Under the pieces are notes generated by a model, which was not told the origin of the DNA, searched no databases, and worked only from the letters and a program-made list of their open reading frames with translations. This document shows positions 42,024 through 56,123 of a stretch of DNA of 64,000 nt, piece by piece. Origin of the DNA: Chrysomallon squamiferum (lineage: Eukaryota; Animalia; Mollusca). The DNA is taken from the NCBI GenBank assembly GCA_012295275.1, contig CM022667.1, positions 5,580,001 through 5,644,000 on the forward strand, given 5' to 3'. A program made the translations under genes and the position numbers. Positions within the stretch are counted from its first letter, which is position 1; the number at the start of each line of letters is the position of its first letter.

Positions 42024-42654
42024 TTTTAATCAGAAGAAAAACTTTTATGAAAATATAAGTAATTATTCACCAGAATAAACTGAAATTTAGGTCAAAAAGA
42101 AATTAATGTTAAAACTGATTCAGGGTGAAACACGCTGTGTACGTGCATGAAAAGGAGTGATTCGTCAACATATAAATAAGCAAATAAAAATAATCATAGA
42201 ATTTTATCAAAACAAAAACAAAGAGTACGTTGGTTACAGGGTATATTGCTCTTTATTACTGTATACGGTGGATGCTCCTTTTAACAAAACTGCATCTTCA
42301 CTTAGCCAGGAGAAGATGGCAATTTTCAGCTGATTTAGGCTTTGCAAAATTGTAGAAGAAGAAAAAAGGAAGACAAAATGTCAGTTATTATTACAGTAGC
42401 CTGATTTAAACAAGATATAATAAAACTAAATTGAAATGGAAAGGACATAAACACTTTATCTGTCAGTTTTTAGTGATTTTATAAAAGAAAGTTCATATTC
42501 TTATACAACCTTATTTAACGAAATAAATAACTTAAAAATGTGACATGTAAGCTAATCCTAAACAGAAGAAGTGAAATAAAGATAACATGAATAAATAAAT
42601 AAAATAATAGTAAAAAAAAAAAAAATGTACAACACAAAAGAGATATATCTAGTT

Positions 42655-44110
42655 TCAGCAATGTCTCTGACTTGTGTTTTCATAGACAGTGAGTACAGAG
42701 TATGGTGAATCTTTTCTTGCTTCCAGTGATGAGTAATTGTTTGTAGTATCTGTGTCTCTCTCATTATCTGAAACCAAATATGTAATAATTGCACATCATG
42801 TCTTATACAGTAGTAGTAATACTAGTAATATCAGAAGTAATGGAAGATCAGCACACAAGGTACGTAGCAATTAAAATAGTTGTCTGTGTGTTGATCAAAG
42901 AATGAAATTTAAAGATTAGTTATGTTTTTCAAAATATAACAGATCATATTAACAAAGATTTTGTATTGTGCCTATTCCATTTATAATTCATAATTATATA
43001 TTCATGGTTGCAGAGACATAATCTATGAATCACAAAATATTTTATTACTATAGTTACAGTGAGCAGATTGATATACCATCTGTCTTTCCTGTCTGGCCAA
43101 GACAGATTTGATAATAGTAATTAAAAACCTGCTATTTTAGCTAAATGTTATATTTTTATAAGCCAAAAAAAAATAATAATAATAATAAAAAAAAAAAATA
43201 AAAAAAAATACTATCACAGACTGTATTTATGCTGATTTTGATTACTTCTCTCTTTCAGTTATTTAATAATTTATTATTATTTTTATTTATTTATTTTCTC
43301 TATTCTAAAACTAACAGATTTTACTGACTTTGACTTTGTTGAAGATCGTCATAGAGAGAAGATTCCTGTACTCCTGTGTTAACCTGTCTGAAACAAACAA
43401 AACTTTCCTATTATTTAATTATTTTAGTTTTGAGTATATTAAAATAACATCTTTAAGATAAATAAATAAATAAATAAACAAATAAATAAATAAATAAGCA
43501 AAATTAATAAAAGGATTTAAAAAAATAAATTTAAATAAAAAAAATAAATTAACAAGCAATAAATTTGTGTAATTATTAAGTGAACTGAACATGTAGTGAT
43601 AAACAATGTATGTTTCATATCAGTTTAACCTTCATCTTTATTTTGGTGTCTCAATATACTATAATATTAATTACCTTTGTGTATAGATGGGATCTGTTAT
43701 ACACTTCTCTAAAATAAAACAAAATCATCAAAATTAAATGTAAAAGAGGTGAAATGACATTAATTAGATTATCAGTCCTGAATTTCTATAAAATTACAAA
43801 CATAATAATAACAATAAGAAACAACCATAAATTAAAGAGAAATATTAAAAAAATTATGTGCAAAGAAACAAGAAAAATAAATTCATTTGAATGTAGGAGT
43901 GCCTTAATAATAATAATAATAATAATAACAATAATAATAAAAAACAAATAAATCAAAAAAGTAAAAAAAGTAAAAAATATTCACTTGTTTTAATCCAGTG
44001 AATTAAAATAATAACTGCACCGATAAGAAGAATTGCAAGCAGTGTAATTCCAATTCCAATACCAATTCCTGTCCACAGTAATCTGTCCTTTTCTGATGTA
44101 CAGTCTGAAA

Positions 44111-44157
<47 letters not shown>

Positions 44158-45675
44158 TATAATAATAATAATAATAATAATAATACAAAAATAATAGTAA
44201 TAGTAATAATCATTGATATATAATTGGAAAAATATTTTCTAGTTGTACCTCAAGTTAAAGTAACTTGACAATTATTATAAATTTAGCAATCACACAATTA
44301 TAATAATTCATATTAACGTTTTCTGCAGTTTTACTGTAAAATGCCTATTAAATTAATATTTCACTGTACTGAAAGTATAAGGGAAATTAAGTCAGTGCAG
44401 TAGTTCCATTCAAACTTTGACTCTTACTCAGGGTAATTATCATCAGTTTCTTGAAGCCTGTTTGAGAAACTTTTTGTATGTGTCATTGTTAAAAATGTAT
44501 TTTTAATTGAATTTACCACAAACAAATATTTCCTTTTCCTTGGTAAAGTGTTTGAATCCAAATTTGTTAAAAGCCAAAACTCGAATCAGATATCTGGTGT
44601 TTGGTTGTAAACTAGAAATCTCTGCTGTGTGATTTGTGTGAAGACCTTTTTCACCAAACTGTTCAGTGAGATTTGTCCACTCAGATGTTGTGTCTGCTCG
44701 ATACTGTACAAGAAATGTTTGTTGTGATCCTCCATTAAATTCTTCTGTCCAAGACACTGACACTGAATGTGGACCTGTGATCCAAGTTCTCACATCAGAG
44801 GGAACAGTTGGAGGACCTTCGAATTAAACATTTTATCACTGGTTTGTTGAAAATACTCAAAGGTTATAAATAAAGGATTTATCTCATATAACTGAATACA
44901 TGAATATTTAATGTTTTGGAAACTGTAGTTCTACTTCAGTAGAAATTAAATCTTTATCTACAATTCTGAAAGAAAAATCATGTTGTTGGTTTGATAATAG
45001 TAGAAATGTTTTTAAACTTGAACTTTCATATCAGATTAATTCATGAAGAAAACAGCTAAATGTTACAAACTTATCTGTCACAGGCTCAAATATCATTTAT
45101 GCAAACGATGAACAAGAGCTTCACAAAAGATAGAAATGATATTGAATGACACACACATGCACATGCACACAAACATCATTCTGACCTGATACCATACCCA
45201 TCTTATGTAGAATTTTAACTTTCTTACTATTACTATTTTATTATTATTATTATTATTATTATTTCTTTTTTTTTTTTTTTTTTTTTTGTCATTTGTGCAG
45301 ACAATATTTTTTTAAAAAATGAAAATATTTACACTCTGCTTTTACAAAAAACAAACATTTTGTAAATACCTTCTTCAGTGAGATTAAATTTTTCCACAAG
45401 ATCTGTTTTAGATTCTCCATTTGACACAACAACCTGATAGATTCCAAAATCTTCTTGTTTCACATTTGTCAGTTTATATTCACCTACAGCAGACACATTT
45501 GTAGTGAGTACAGGTTGTATAGATCCAAGACTTTTATTGTTTACATCTGTGAGTTTATACCAGGTAAATGTTGGAACTGGATTGGCAATCACAGAAATGT
45601 GTAGAGTTACATTTCCACCTTCTACAGCAGCAAACTTGTCCTGAAATGAAACTCGATGATCCAGTCTGGGTGAAC
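42655..45675 (-). CDS. Gene D (3' part only; 5' part lost in assembly gap): Ig5-FN3-TM-ITIM/ITAM tail
   Basis: Exons: Ig5 45370-45675, FN3 44517-44816, TM 43985-44104 (LLWTGIGIGIGITLLAILLIGAVIILIHW), tail 43675-43708, 43329-43387, 42655-42767 (ends ...YSSLEARKDSPYSVLTVYENTSQRHC*). Frame is open. Confidence 0.85.
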
Positions 45676-46367
45676 CTGAAGAAAATAAGTTCCTTATTAT
45701 TCACATGCCAACAAAAGATATTTAAAACACAAAAATGAAAAACAAAACAAAAATGGAATTGCGAAGGAAGACATTCAGGAGAAACACTGTAAATACAAAA
45801 TTAATTAAACACTTCTAAATGACAGTAAGCTATACTGGACCCTGCCTCAACAATATGGTATTGTGGGAAAAGCAGCGAGTCAATATAATAGCTGAACAAT
45901 TAAAACATAATACAGACAGTAAAATTCTGTATCTGCTAGCAGAAAATACAACTGTATGTAAACAACAAATGTAAAGTAACAATGTAAACTATTCTGAAAA
46001 AGTAACTGAAAGAAACAAATTTCAGTATGATTTTTTTTATTGAGATGATAATTAAAAAAGATGGTTGAAAACAGAAAAAAGGTCTTGTTTCCCATTTCTG
46101 ATCTAGATTTGTTTTCTTCACAAATGCTAAACAGCCCTTTATATTCACCAGTGAGCTGATTTATTTCGGACTTTTTTGTTACCACTTTGTAAGCATAGTT
46201 TTCTTTCTAAAGTATTCATTCTATTGTACCTATGAAATGGATTGTTAAAATTCTGATACCAAATACATAAAACATCACTAACATCAGTTAATTACAACAT
46301 TTAGTAACTTGAGGATATAAAATTATAGTTACTTTTTTAATTATTATTATGTTTTTTCTTTCTTTTT

Positions 46368-46567
46368 NNNNNNNNNNNNNNNNNNNNNNNNNNNNNNNNN
46401 NNNNNNNNNNNNNNNNNNNNNNNNNNNNNNNNNNNNNNNNNNNNNNNNNNNNNNNNNNNNNNNNNNNNNNNNNNNNNNNNNNNNNNNNNNNNNNNNNNNN
46501 NNNNNNNNNNNNNNNNNNNNNNNNNNNNNNNNNNNNNNNNNNNNNNNNNNNNNNNNNNNNNNNNNNN
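46368..46567. other. Assembly gap (200 N)
   Basis: Run of N. The round length suggests a placeholder of unknown true size. Confidence 0.99.
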
Positions 46568-46570
46568 TAC

Positions 46571-49500
46571 CATAGATGAAAAGATGCTGTTCATTCGTTG
46601 AGGTTTTGAAACCAAATTTATTAAAAGCTGAAACTCGAATCAGATATCTGGAGTTTGGTTGTAAACTAGAAATCTCTGCTGTGTGATTTGTGTGAAGACC
46701 TTTTTCACCAAACTGCTGAGTGAGATTTGTCCACTCAGATGTTGTGTCTGCTCGATACTGTACAAGAAATGTTTGTTGTGATCCTGCATTAAATTCTTCT
46801 GTCCAAGACACTGACACTGAATGTGGACCAGTACTCCAAATTCTCACGTCAGATGGAACATTTGGAGGACCTTCAAGTTGAAAGCGTTACAAAATAGTGA
46901 AAAACAAAAGTAGTGAACAATGAATTTTGTTTAAACGCTATTGATATTATGCAATATCTATCTATCTGCCTATTTTCAAATAAGGATATACATAATGATC
47001 AGCAAATCGGTATTTCAGACAAAATTAAACGATGCCATATTTCAGCACATAATATAAATGAAAACAACTGAGACTGTAATACTAGTCTAAGTAGACGAAA
47101 AGTGTGTGTGGGATAAATGTTTTTCATTCTAACTTTGTTTATACCTATTTGACTCAGAGATAAATTCAAAACAAGATCCTTCCTTGAGCCTCCATTTGAC
47201 ACAGAAACCTGATAGATTCCAAAATCTTCTTGTTTAACATTTATCAGTTTATATTCACCTACAGCAGACACATTTGTTGTGAGTACAGGTTGTGTAGATC
47301 CAAGACTTTTATTGTTTACATCTGTGAGTTTATACCAGGTAAATGTTGGAACTGGATTGGCAATCACAGAAATGTGTAGAGTTACATTTCCACCTACAGA
47401 ATCAAATTTGTTCTGAACTGTAACTCGATGATCAAGTCTTGGTGAACCTGTAGGAAATAACTGTCTTGTTACTAACATACAAATGATAAAATAAAATAAA
47501 GTAAATTAAATAATTGTATATAGTGACTTACATTTTTGTGATTTCTTTCAAATAATATGCAAGTAGTAGATATAATGTTACACCATTACATACATGTAAC
47601 AAGAAGCTGCACTCTTTGACTGACGTCAGACTTGATGTTGTTTCCTGCTTCACAAGTGTAAAATCCTGTATCCAGACATCCAGCTTCATTCCAGCTGTAC
47701 TCCACTGACTTGGAGTTTTTCACTTCACGTAGAATGTGTGAGTTGTTTAACAGTTTGATGTGAGATGCTGGATTACTGTCAACTTCACATCTCAGAGACA
47801 AAGGAGTCAGTTCATCAACTGTTATCTTTGTAGACTTTGAGTTTAAAGTCAAAGAAGTTATTGAAGTCTGATCTGCAACAAGTAAAAACACTGCAATATA
47901 TTTTGTTAAATACATTTGAACATTAAGTGACGAATATTTTTGCACATACAGTAGTTATAATCATTCATATTGGGTTGTTAACAAATCATTAAAATATTTG
48001 ATATGTAACATGATATGTTTAAAAACAATTTTTTAGAGTTCTCTTGAACGTATATGTATTTATTTTAAAAAGCAGAAAACAGTTTCACTTTTCACAGATT
48101 GTATTTCTGTAAAAAAAAAAAAAATCAATTTTTTTAAGGAGACTCTGAATTCCGGTGACATTCTTGTTGTTTTAACTGTAAACACCAGTGTTTAGCAGAC
48201 ACAGAAGTATGTCGATGTCACACAGTGAAGCAAATTTGAAAGAAAAAGGATCAGCTAATTGAAATTATCCATGTTTATAAACAGAATGTTGAAGTCCTTG
48301 AAGGAAAAGCATATGCAGTTAATGAATTGATGAAGAATGTTCTAGAGACAATGTAGTTAGAACCAGAGTCTACAAGATAACAACTGAAATTCTCCTGTGT
48401 AATGTCAGACTGAAAAAAAAAAAAATATATATCATGTGAACACAACCTGAAAAGAATTATGTATGTATGTATATATGTACGCATACATTCATGATTGGAT
48501 GTTTATACAGTCTGAAATAAAGCATAAGTCACTGTTAAATTATTTACATTTAAAAGTGATTAACATATAATACATTTAATTCATCGACTGTTATCTTTGT
48601 ACACTGAGTCTAAAGTCAAAGATATTACTAAAGCATGATCTGTAACAAATAAAGAATTACTGAAAATAAAAATTGTGTTTGATAGACAATTCTGGTAAAA
48701 CTCTTTTTAAAAATGTCCAACAGGTGAACTGATTTATTTTGATGAAGAATTACTGAGCTAAAAGGATGACGTCTGAATTTAAAAATTGTTATAAGTTCCT
48801 GTTTGGTATTTTTCTTTCTTCGTATTTTCATTTTACTTTTTTTTTATCTTTGTAATACAACCAGTCTATATTAATTAATTTATTTATTCATTTATTTATT
48901 ACATTTTCTGTGTTTTTAAGTAGGTAAACTGAACATTATCACAGTTGTGTATCTCAGATAATATAAAAACATTAAAATAAGTAAAACTATTATAAATGTG
49001 TTTACATTATGTTTCTGAATGTATTTGATTTTGATAAATCGTTTCGAATTGAATGTTTTGTCACCATTTTCCTGTCTTTATGTTTCTTTTTATCCAGGTT
49101 TTTTCCTTCGTTTTCTTCTTTTTAACTTGTATATATATATTCTTTTTCTTTTGATAAGATTTCCTGCTTTCGTTAATTTTGAGTTTTTAATGTGTATAAA
49201 ATACAGTACTTTTATTCAATAACATCATTCATGTCATTATTTATTTCTATCTTTGTTAAACAAATATTACAGTGCAAATATAAATCCTGTTTCAAAATCA
49301 AATTCTCTGTTTACTTACACTGAACATCCAAGGTAACAGTTTTGTTTTCTGACTTGTTTGTGTTTACATTGGTGACAATACATACACAAACTCCAGCCTC
49401 TGTTCTGTGTATTTGTGTAAAAGAAAGTACAGTATCGTTTATTTCCTTTGTCTTACACTTCCACTTGTAAGAGCAGACTTCATCACAGTCTGCCTCACAC

Positions 49501-52500
49501 AAAACAGCCACGTTTTTACCTTCTACTATCTGTACTGGTGAACTTCTGTTCAGTTTAATGTTTTCTGGACCAACTGAAAATACCGATAAATTAATTAATA
49601 ATGATTGCTCTCTATATTAAAACACTGTACATGAATATGTGTGTGAAGGTGTGTGTTCCCAAAGAAGAGAGAAATGTTTTATTTGAGGATTATGATAACA
49701 AAGAAAAGAAAACAACATACTTTCAAGTGATTCATTTGTGTGTTATTTTTTGTTATTTGTTTTTACCAATTTTAAGTAACAAAGTAAAATGCATAAAAAG
49801 GGTTCAGCTACCAAGGATCTCGTACTGTTATTATTTGTAGCAGAGGAATACTCTATTAGAAAGTGGTCACATTTTATTGCTCTTTGAAAAATATTTTGTT
49901 TTAATGTGTTATCAAACATATTTTCAAGACCTTATATGCATTTCTAACAAAGACATACGCTAATATCCATTTCTCTAATAATCCTATTTTAATACAAATT
50001 AAACAAAAATCAGACTATTGCTGCTTGTGCAAATAACCTTGAACGTTTGGTTTTGCTTATGCAACTGTCAGTATGTCATCTTAATTAAACTCAGTTTGTA
50101 ATGCAAGAAAACTGAAATATGCAAATATTTTGTATCAATATTATTTTTTGTTTTATTTTGCATACAGCTATTACTGGTCATCTATCAACAACAACAACAA
50201 TAATAATATAAAATAATTTGACAACATACAAAAAATGAATTGAGATCAGTTATAAATAAATACATGTCTAAGATTATTTTTGAATAAAACTCACAGTGTA
50301 CTTTCAGAGTGAAACTTTTAGTGAGAGATTTGGCTGAGACTCTGTTAGTCACAGTACATGTGTACTTCTGTCCTGTCTGGTTTCTTCTCACATTTGTAAC
50401 ACTGAGCTCAGACCCTGACTCAGTCTGTTGATTGTTAAGAGACCAGGAAAACAAACATGGCGGCTTGCAGACAGCAACACAGTTTACATTCAAATCATCT
50501 CCATCTTCAACATTTCCTGGAGAAGTCAAGTCAACACTGTCTGGTCCACCTGAAAATTAAATAATCTTGATGATGATGATGATGATAATAATAATAGATT
50601 AATAATAATAACAATGTGATCTTTATAAGCATGAGAAATGCTGATTTTTTGAAGCTAATACTACAAATTAAACTTAACACTAGTATAAACTAAACTATTA
50701 AAAAACATAAACTCTGATTATTCTTATGTGTTTGTTTGGTGATCAGCTGTTTTACTCCTGTACAGGTAGTACTTATATTGTACACCTAACTATTTTTTGA
50801 TTCTTTAATAAAATAGCAAAATAAATATCAACTATATATGAGCTGATACAATTTTCTTTTCTTCTTTTCTTTGATCTTCTTGCAGTACTTGTAATTTATC
50901 AAAGAGGAATTGATATACTAGCAAAAAAAAATAAAAAAAAAAATAAAGTAATTAATAAATAATAATAATAATAATAAATAACATTAAAATAATTATAAAT
51001 AAAAACAATTCTTTTTTCCTTGTTCATTTTATTAAAACTGTACAAAGAAATGTATATTAACATTGTTCAAAAATATATACAATAAAAATGTCCAAGTATA
51101 TGTACATTAACACTGTAGAAAGAAATATATTTTTGCATTACACAGATGTATGTATATCAACATTGTATAAAGATATTTTCATTATAAAATAACCAATGTA
51201 TTGGTCATTTCTATTCAAAGCAAACAAAAATAGCAACACAAAACTGTACATGATAGTCTATGATCTTCACTTTTCATAATGATTATCACAATGATAATGA
51301 CAACAAACATAATAAAGAAATCTTAAAACAAATTATATTAATAAAAAAGTATGATTCTTCCAACATATTACAATTAAACTAAACTTGTACTGCTAATCAG
51401 ATACACTAAATTTAATTATTATAATTATCATTCACTGTTTCAGGGAATATAGTTAAAGTTTAATTTTTTTTTATGAATAGATTTTGTTTTCTTGCTATAA
51501 ATGATATTTTGTTATAAAAATATAATGATTTACTTACTGCTCATTTCTAATCTCAGTGTGTTATTGGAGATTCTACCAGTATTCAGTTGACAAAACCAGT
51601 CTGTGACATCCTGATCTGAAGCTTTGTTAATTGTCAGAGAATAGTTCTTAATGGTTGACAGTCTGCTGTTTGTCCCATCTCCACACTCTACAGAATAACT
51701 CTGTCTGTCAGCTGGAGGATTCCACACAGAACAGTTGCCTGAGTTCTGTCTCAGTGAACCAATACTAGAACTGCCACTATTGTTATAAAATATTATTAAG
51801 TCATCAAGATTTTCAGCACCTGACACTGTACAAGTCAGAGTAAACTGTTTGTCTTTGACTAAATGAGATGAAGATCCAGACAAAGTCAGTGAAACACAAT
51901 CTGTAAAATAAAAGATAAAATCTTTGTTTTCAGTATATTTTTGTTTCTCTGTTTTTCAGGTTTTCTTTTTTTACTTTTTAAACATTTTACTACCTATTTT
52001 TTTTTTTTTTTTTTTTTTTCGCTATATACATATTTTCTTTCATGATAATATTATTTTATTTGTAAGTGAAAATGTCATTGTTAAATAGCACATTCTGGTT
52101 GCTCTTAATAATTTTCCTTGAACATACAAAGGTAAAAATTCACAAGAGATTTAGAATTTGTTTTTCCTAATATAAAGGTATTTTCTAATTAATATATATT
52201 TTTTTTATCAAATGAAAAGATATGTATGAAACTTAAGACCTTATTTTTAATGTTGCATTTCACTGAACCAAATCAGAGACATAGATTACAAGTAGAAAGT
52301 GAAGTGATCAGAAAGTAGAGAACTTAAGTTGATGTTACTGACTAACGTAAATTAATTTTAAAAGCCGATGTTTACAATTTATGTTTTAATGGACACTGGT
52401 ATTTAGTGGGAATAACCCAGTGGGAGTTGTCCCCCTTCATACAAATTATTTCCTTAAACAAAATCCTGTTGAAAAAAAAAAATGAAAAAACATAATAAAC

Positions 52501-53274
52501 AAATAAAATAAAATAAAATAAAATAATGTTAACAATAACAATAACAATAAAGTAACCCTGGTTTGATATCTAAAATAATCAGATTTCTAGAATCACAGCT
52601 GCCACACTTGGAGGACAGATTTCAGTGAGATTTGCCAGAGTTCAGTTTGTGCACATTTTAGTTTTATTTTGTTTCTTCCTCTTCACCTAATACAATTTGC
52701 CTTAAATATTGTGTTTAAATTATTAATTACTCTTTTATTAAAACAAGCATTTTTCTATGAATTTAAAACAAAATTAATTTTATCAAATGGAACACATATT
52801 CTTTTGAAAACAAAAACTATACCTATAAACATATCACACTCTAAATTTTGATTTTTGTAAACAAGTCTGAATCATAATTATTTTTAATTTTATGTAAAAG
52901 ATAAACTGAACATAACAGGATACAGTGACACTGAAACTCATATGTAACTAATTTCTACTGTGTCCTCTCATTTGTCACACATCTGATAACAACACATCTC
53001 ATACCTGAGTGAACTGCTGACTATATTGTCTCTACCTAGCATTGAATAATGGACTCATCTTCCTGTAGGTTTCAGAGTCAGCTTAGGGAGTAATTAAACA
53101 AACTCCTACTAACAACTGAACACAAACACTGAACAGATATTATGTTAATATCCATAACATTACATATTCAGACACATAACACAAAGCTGATATGAATGAT
53201 ACATGGAGCTCTAGGGTATATATTAGAGTGTCACAGTACATATCAGTTCATACCAGTGTTCAGCAAAGTGTTAG

Positions 53275-53308
<34 letters not shown>

Positions 53309-53423
53309 TTAATATTAAATTAAGTCAAGAAGTTTTAACAGTTTCTGTAAACTTACCTGAATACGTAACACTGTTCAAGACGAACACCATAAAAATCAGT
53401 TTCTTATCAAACGTCGAAAACAT
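46571..53423 (-). CDS. Gene E (5' part only; TM/tail lost in assembly gap): SP-V-4xIg-FN3, close paralog or allele of gene C
   Basis: Exons: SP 53357-53423 (MFSTFDKKLIFMVFVLNSVTYS), V 51538-51900, Ig2 50295-50549, Ig3 49319-49573, Ig4 47594-47872, Ig5 47145-47447 (one-codon deletion versus C), FN3 46571-46870. Frame is open and introns are nearly identical to gene C. Confidence 0.86.
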
Positions 53424-53501
53424 AGTTTAGTAATTATAAATACTGACAAAGTTTTAAAGTAAAAATCTCGTTCTCACAACAACAAACGACGTTTTCTGCT
53501 C

Positions 53502-53520
53502 GCAGTTCACTTCCTGGTTT
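53502..53520 (-). promoter_or_regulatory. Conserved ETS/IRF-like element upstream of gene E
   Basis: Same 19-mer as in A, B and C. Confidence 0.5.
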
Positions 53521-56123
53521 GTTTCTGTCAAAATGTATACATCTCTCCGGATTTAGTTAAAGCAGTAACATCCGATTTTCCATCTGAAGTTTCTGAATTA
53601 TGGTCAATAAATAGCATGTGAGTCCTTGCTTTTTGTAACAGTTACATGCGATCTTTTGATACCAGAGACTAATTCAACGCGAACTGCCACTGTTTACATT
53701 ACTGAATATGAAATCTAAAGTATTATCTGCACTGTGTGTAGTAGTACAAAGGGTTATGGCCCTTGAAGTGTATAAGCGTGTTTAAACTGTCTTAAAGTTA
53801 ATTTTACGTTCCGGTCCACATTATTCGCCCTTTGAATTAGGTGACGGTTTTATGCAATCAAAAGTTCACAACGACCTAATTCTCTTACCCAGTTATTAGC
53901 GCTAAGAATTTGTTTCACTTAGTGTGACTGTTACAAGGTCGAACGCAACATCATTTTTTACCCTTATTTATGTATTATTTCCATTTCATACATATATATA
54001 TATATATATATTCTTACTTTATTTTTCTTACTCGTAATGTAACTTATTTTGCAAAAGTGAGCCAGAAAATATACTTTTCTTTTAGCGAGGAATGTATAAT
54101 TAAATTAAACATAAGACAACTTTTAAACATTTTGATTAATTACTAAGTGAACCTGTTGGATATCAGTACTTTTCACTTACTTTTAAACGTTAATAATTTA
54201 TTAGTTACTAAGTACGAATGTTATTTCTGGTATAACTGGTCAGTCTTTGTTCAGATTAATGTTTGTATACAGCTTCGTAAACATCATAGCACCCGAAATG
54301 TAACTTTGACATATTATGTAGAAATTGTTATCAGATAAAACACTTATAACTTAAAGGAAAAATGATTTAATTTGAATATATCATCGAGGGTTTTTTTGGT
54401 TGTTTTTTTTCAGCTTTGTACTCATAAAATCTTAGTAGCACACTCTTCTTCTTTTGTTTTTCTCTTTTCTCGGTGACTGCTAGGAGATTTTCACAATTTA
54501 TGTGATGACGGGGATTGGATAGAAAAGAAATTAACAAACTGACGGAGAACAAAACTTTTATTTGGCTACAATCTCGTTTTTTTGAAATAAATTATGGTAA
54601 TTTAAAAAGAAAAGTATATATATATATTCTTTTAATCAGAAGAAAAACTTTTATGAAAATATAAGTATTTATTCACCAGAATAAACTGAAATTTATATCA
54701 AAAAGAAATTAATGTTAAAACGTATTCACAGTGAAACTTTTATTTGGCTACAATCGCTTTATACAAATCAAAAACTAAAACTGCACAGTATTGGTTATAA
54801 AGCAAGTAATCAGTTTTCTCTGTTTTAAAATTCAGAATTATTTTTATTTGGTAATCTTTATAAAATTATTGTTATTCCAATTATTCTTACTGTTATTATT
54901 ATTTCGTATTTTTCTTGTTGTTTGTTTTGGTTTCGTTTAATATTAATATTAATCCATGAGCTAGACAATTGAAGCTGAATACCAAACTGGTGAACTGATC
55001 CAATGAAGATGTTTTGTTAGTGCAAATATCCCACATTAGCAGACAAATAATGATTGGTAGCGTTGTGACGTTTTTCCTACCTTCTTAGTAAATATGAATT
55101 TAAAAAATCAGAGTAATAGAATTTATTTATTTTTTTGTGATAAAATTTTAGCTATCTCTGAAATAAAAATAAAATGAAATGAAAGAAAAGAAAAGAAAAA
55201 GAAAAGGGTAAAAAATAAAGAAAAGAAAAAAGTCATAGTAAATGATTTCGGTAAACTAATTCAGTACAGATTGATGATTTCAACTTATTTTATCTACCAG
55301 TGCGTTGTTTCAGGTATTTATTCTGTAAATGAATTATTTGAAAGCTGGCGTTTATATATTAAACTAAACAAGGTTTTTACCCTCATATTAATTCTTCATT
55401 TCTTGTTTTCATCATCATCAATATGCTTTCTTGAAATAAATGATGGTAATTTAACAAGAAAAGTATATATATATATATGTTCTTTTAATCAGAAGAAAAA
55501 CTTTTATGAAAATATAAGTATTTATTCACCAGAATAAACTGAAATTTAGATCAAAAAGAAATTAATGTTAAAACTGATTCACAGTGAAACACTCTGTGTA
55601 TATGCATGAAAAGGAGTGATTCTTCAACAAATAAATAAGCAAATAAAAATAATCATAGAATTTTCTGAAAACAAAAACAAAGAGTATGTTTGTTAGAGGA
55701 AATATTTCTCTTTATTACTGTACACGGTGCATGCTCCTTTTAACAAAACTGCATCTTCACTTAGCCAGGATAAGATGTCAATTTTCAGCTGATTTAGGCT
55801 TTTCAAAATTGTAGAAGAAGAAAAAACGAAGACAAAATGTCAATTATTATAACAGTACCCTGATTTAAACAAGATATATTAAAACTGAATTGAAATGGAA
55901 AGGACATAAACACCTTACCTGTCAGTATTTAGTGATTTTATAAAAGAAAGTTTATGTACTTATATAACCTTATTTAACAAAATAAATAAATAAAAACGTG
56001 ACATATAAGCTAATCTGAACAAAAAAACTTAAAATAAAAAATACAATGAATAAATAAATAAGTTAAATAAAATAATAGTAAAATAAACAAAAAATGTACA
56101 ACACAAAAGAGATATATCTAGTT

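Larger units (their letters stand above)
31501..46367. repeat. Segmental duplicate (or second haplotype) of 46568-59770
   Basis: C aligns to E and D aligns to the 3' half of F, including introns and intergenic DNA, in the same orientation with only scattered SNPs and indels. Confidence 0.9.

Noticed and set aside
42655-53423. One long gene joining E and D across the gap, with a duplicated Ig5-FN3
   Set aside because: The sequence left of the gap matches gene F's Ig4-Ig5 intron and the sequence right of it matches gene C's FN3 end. Two separate partial genes with missing DNA is more parsimonious, though not excluded.
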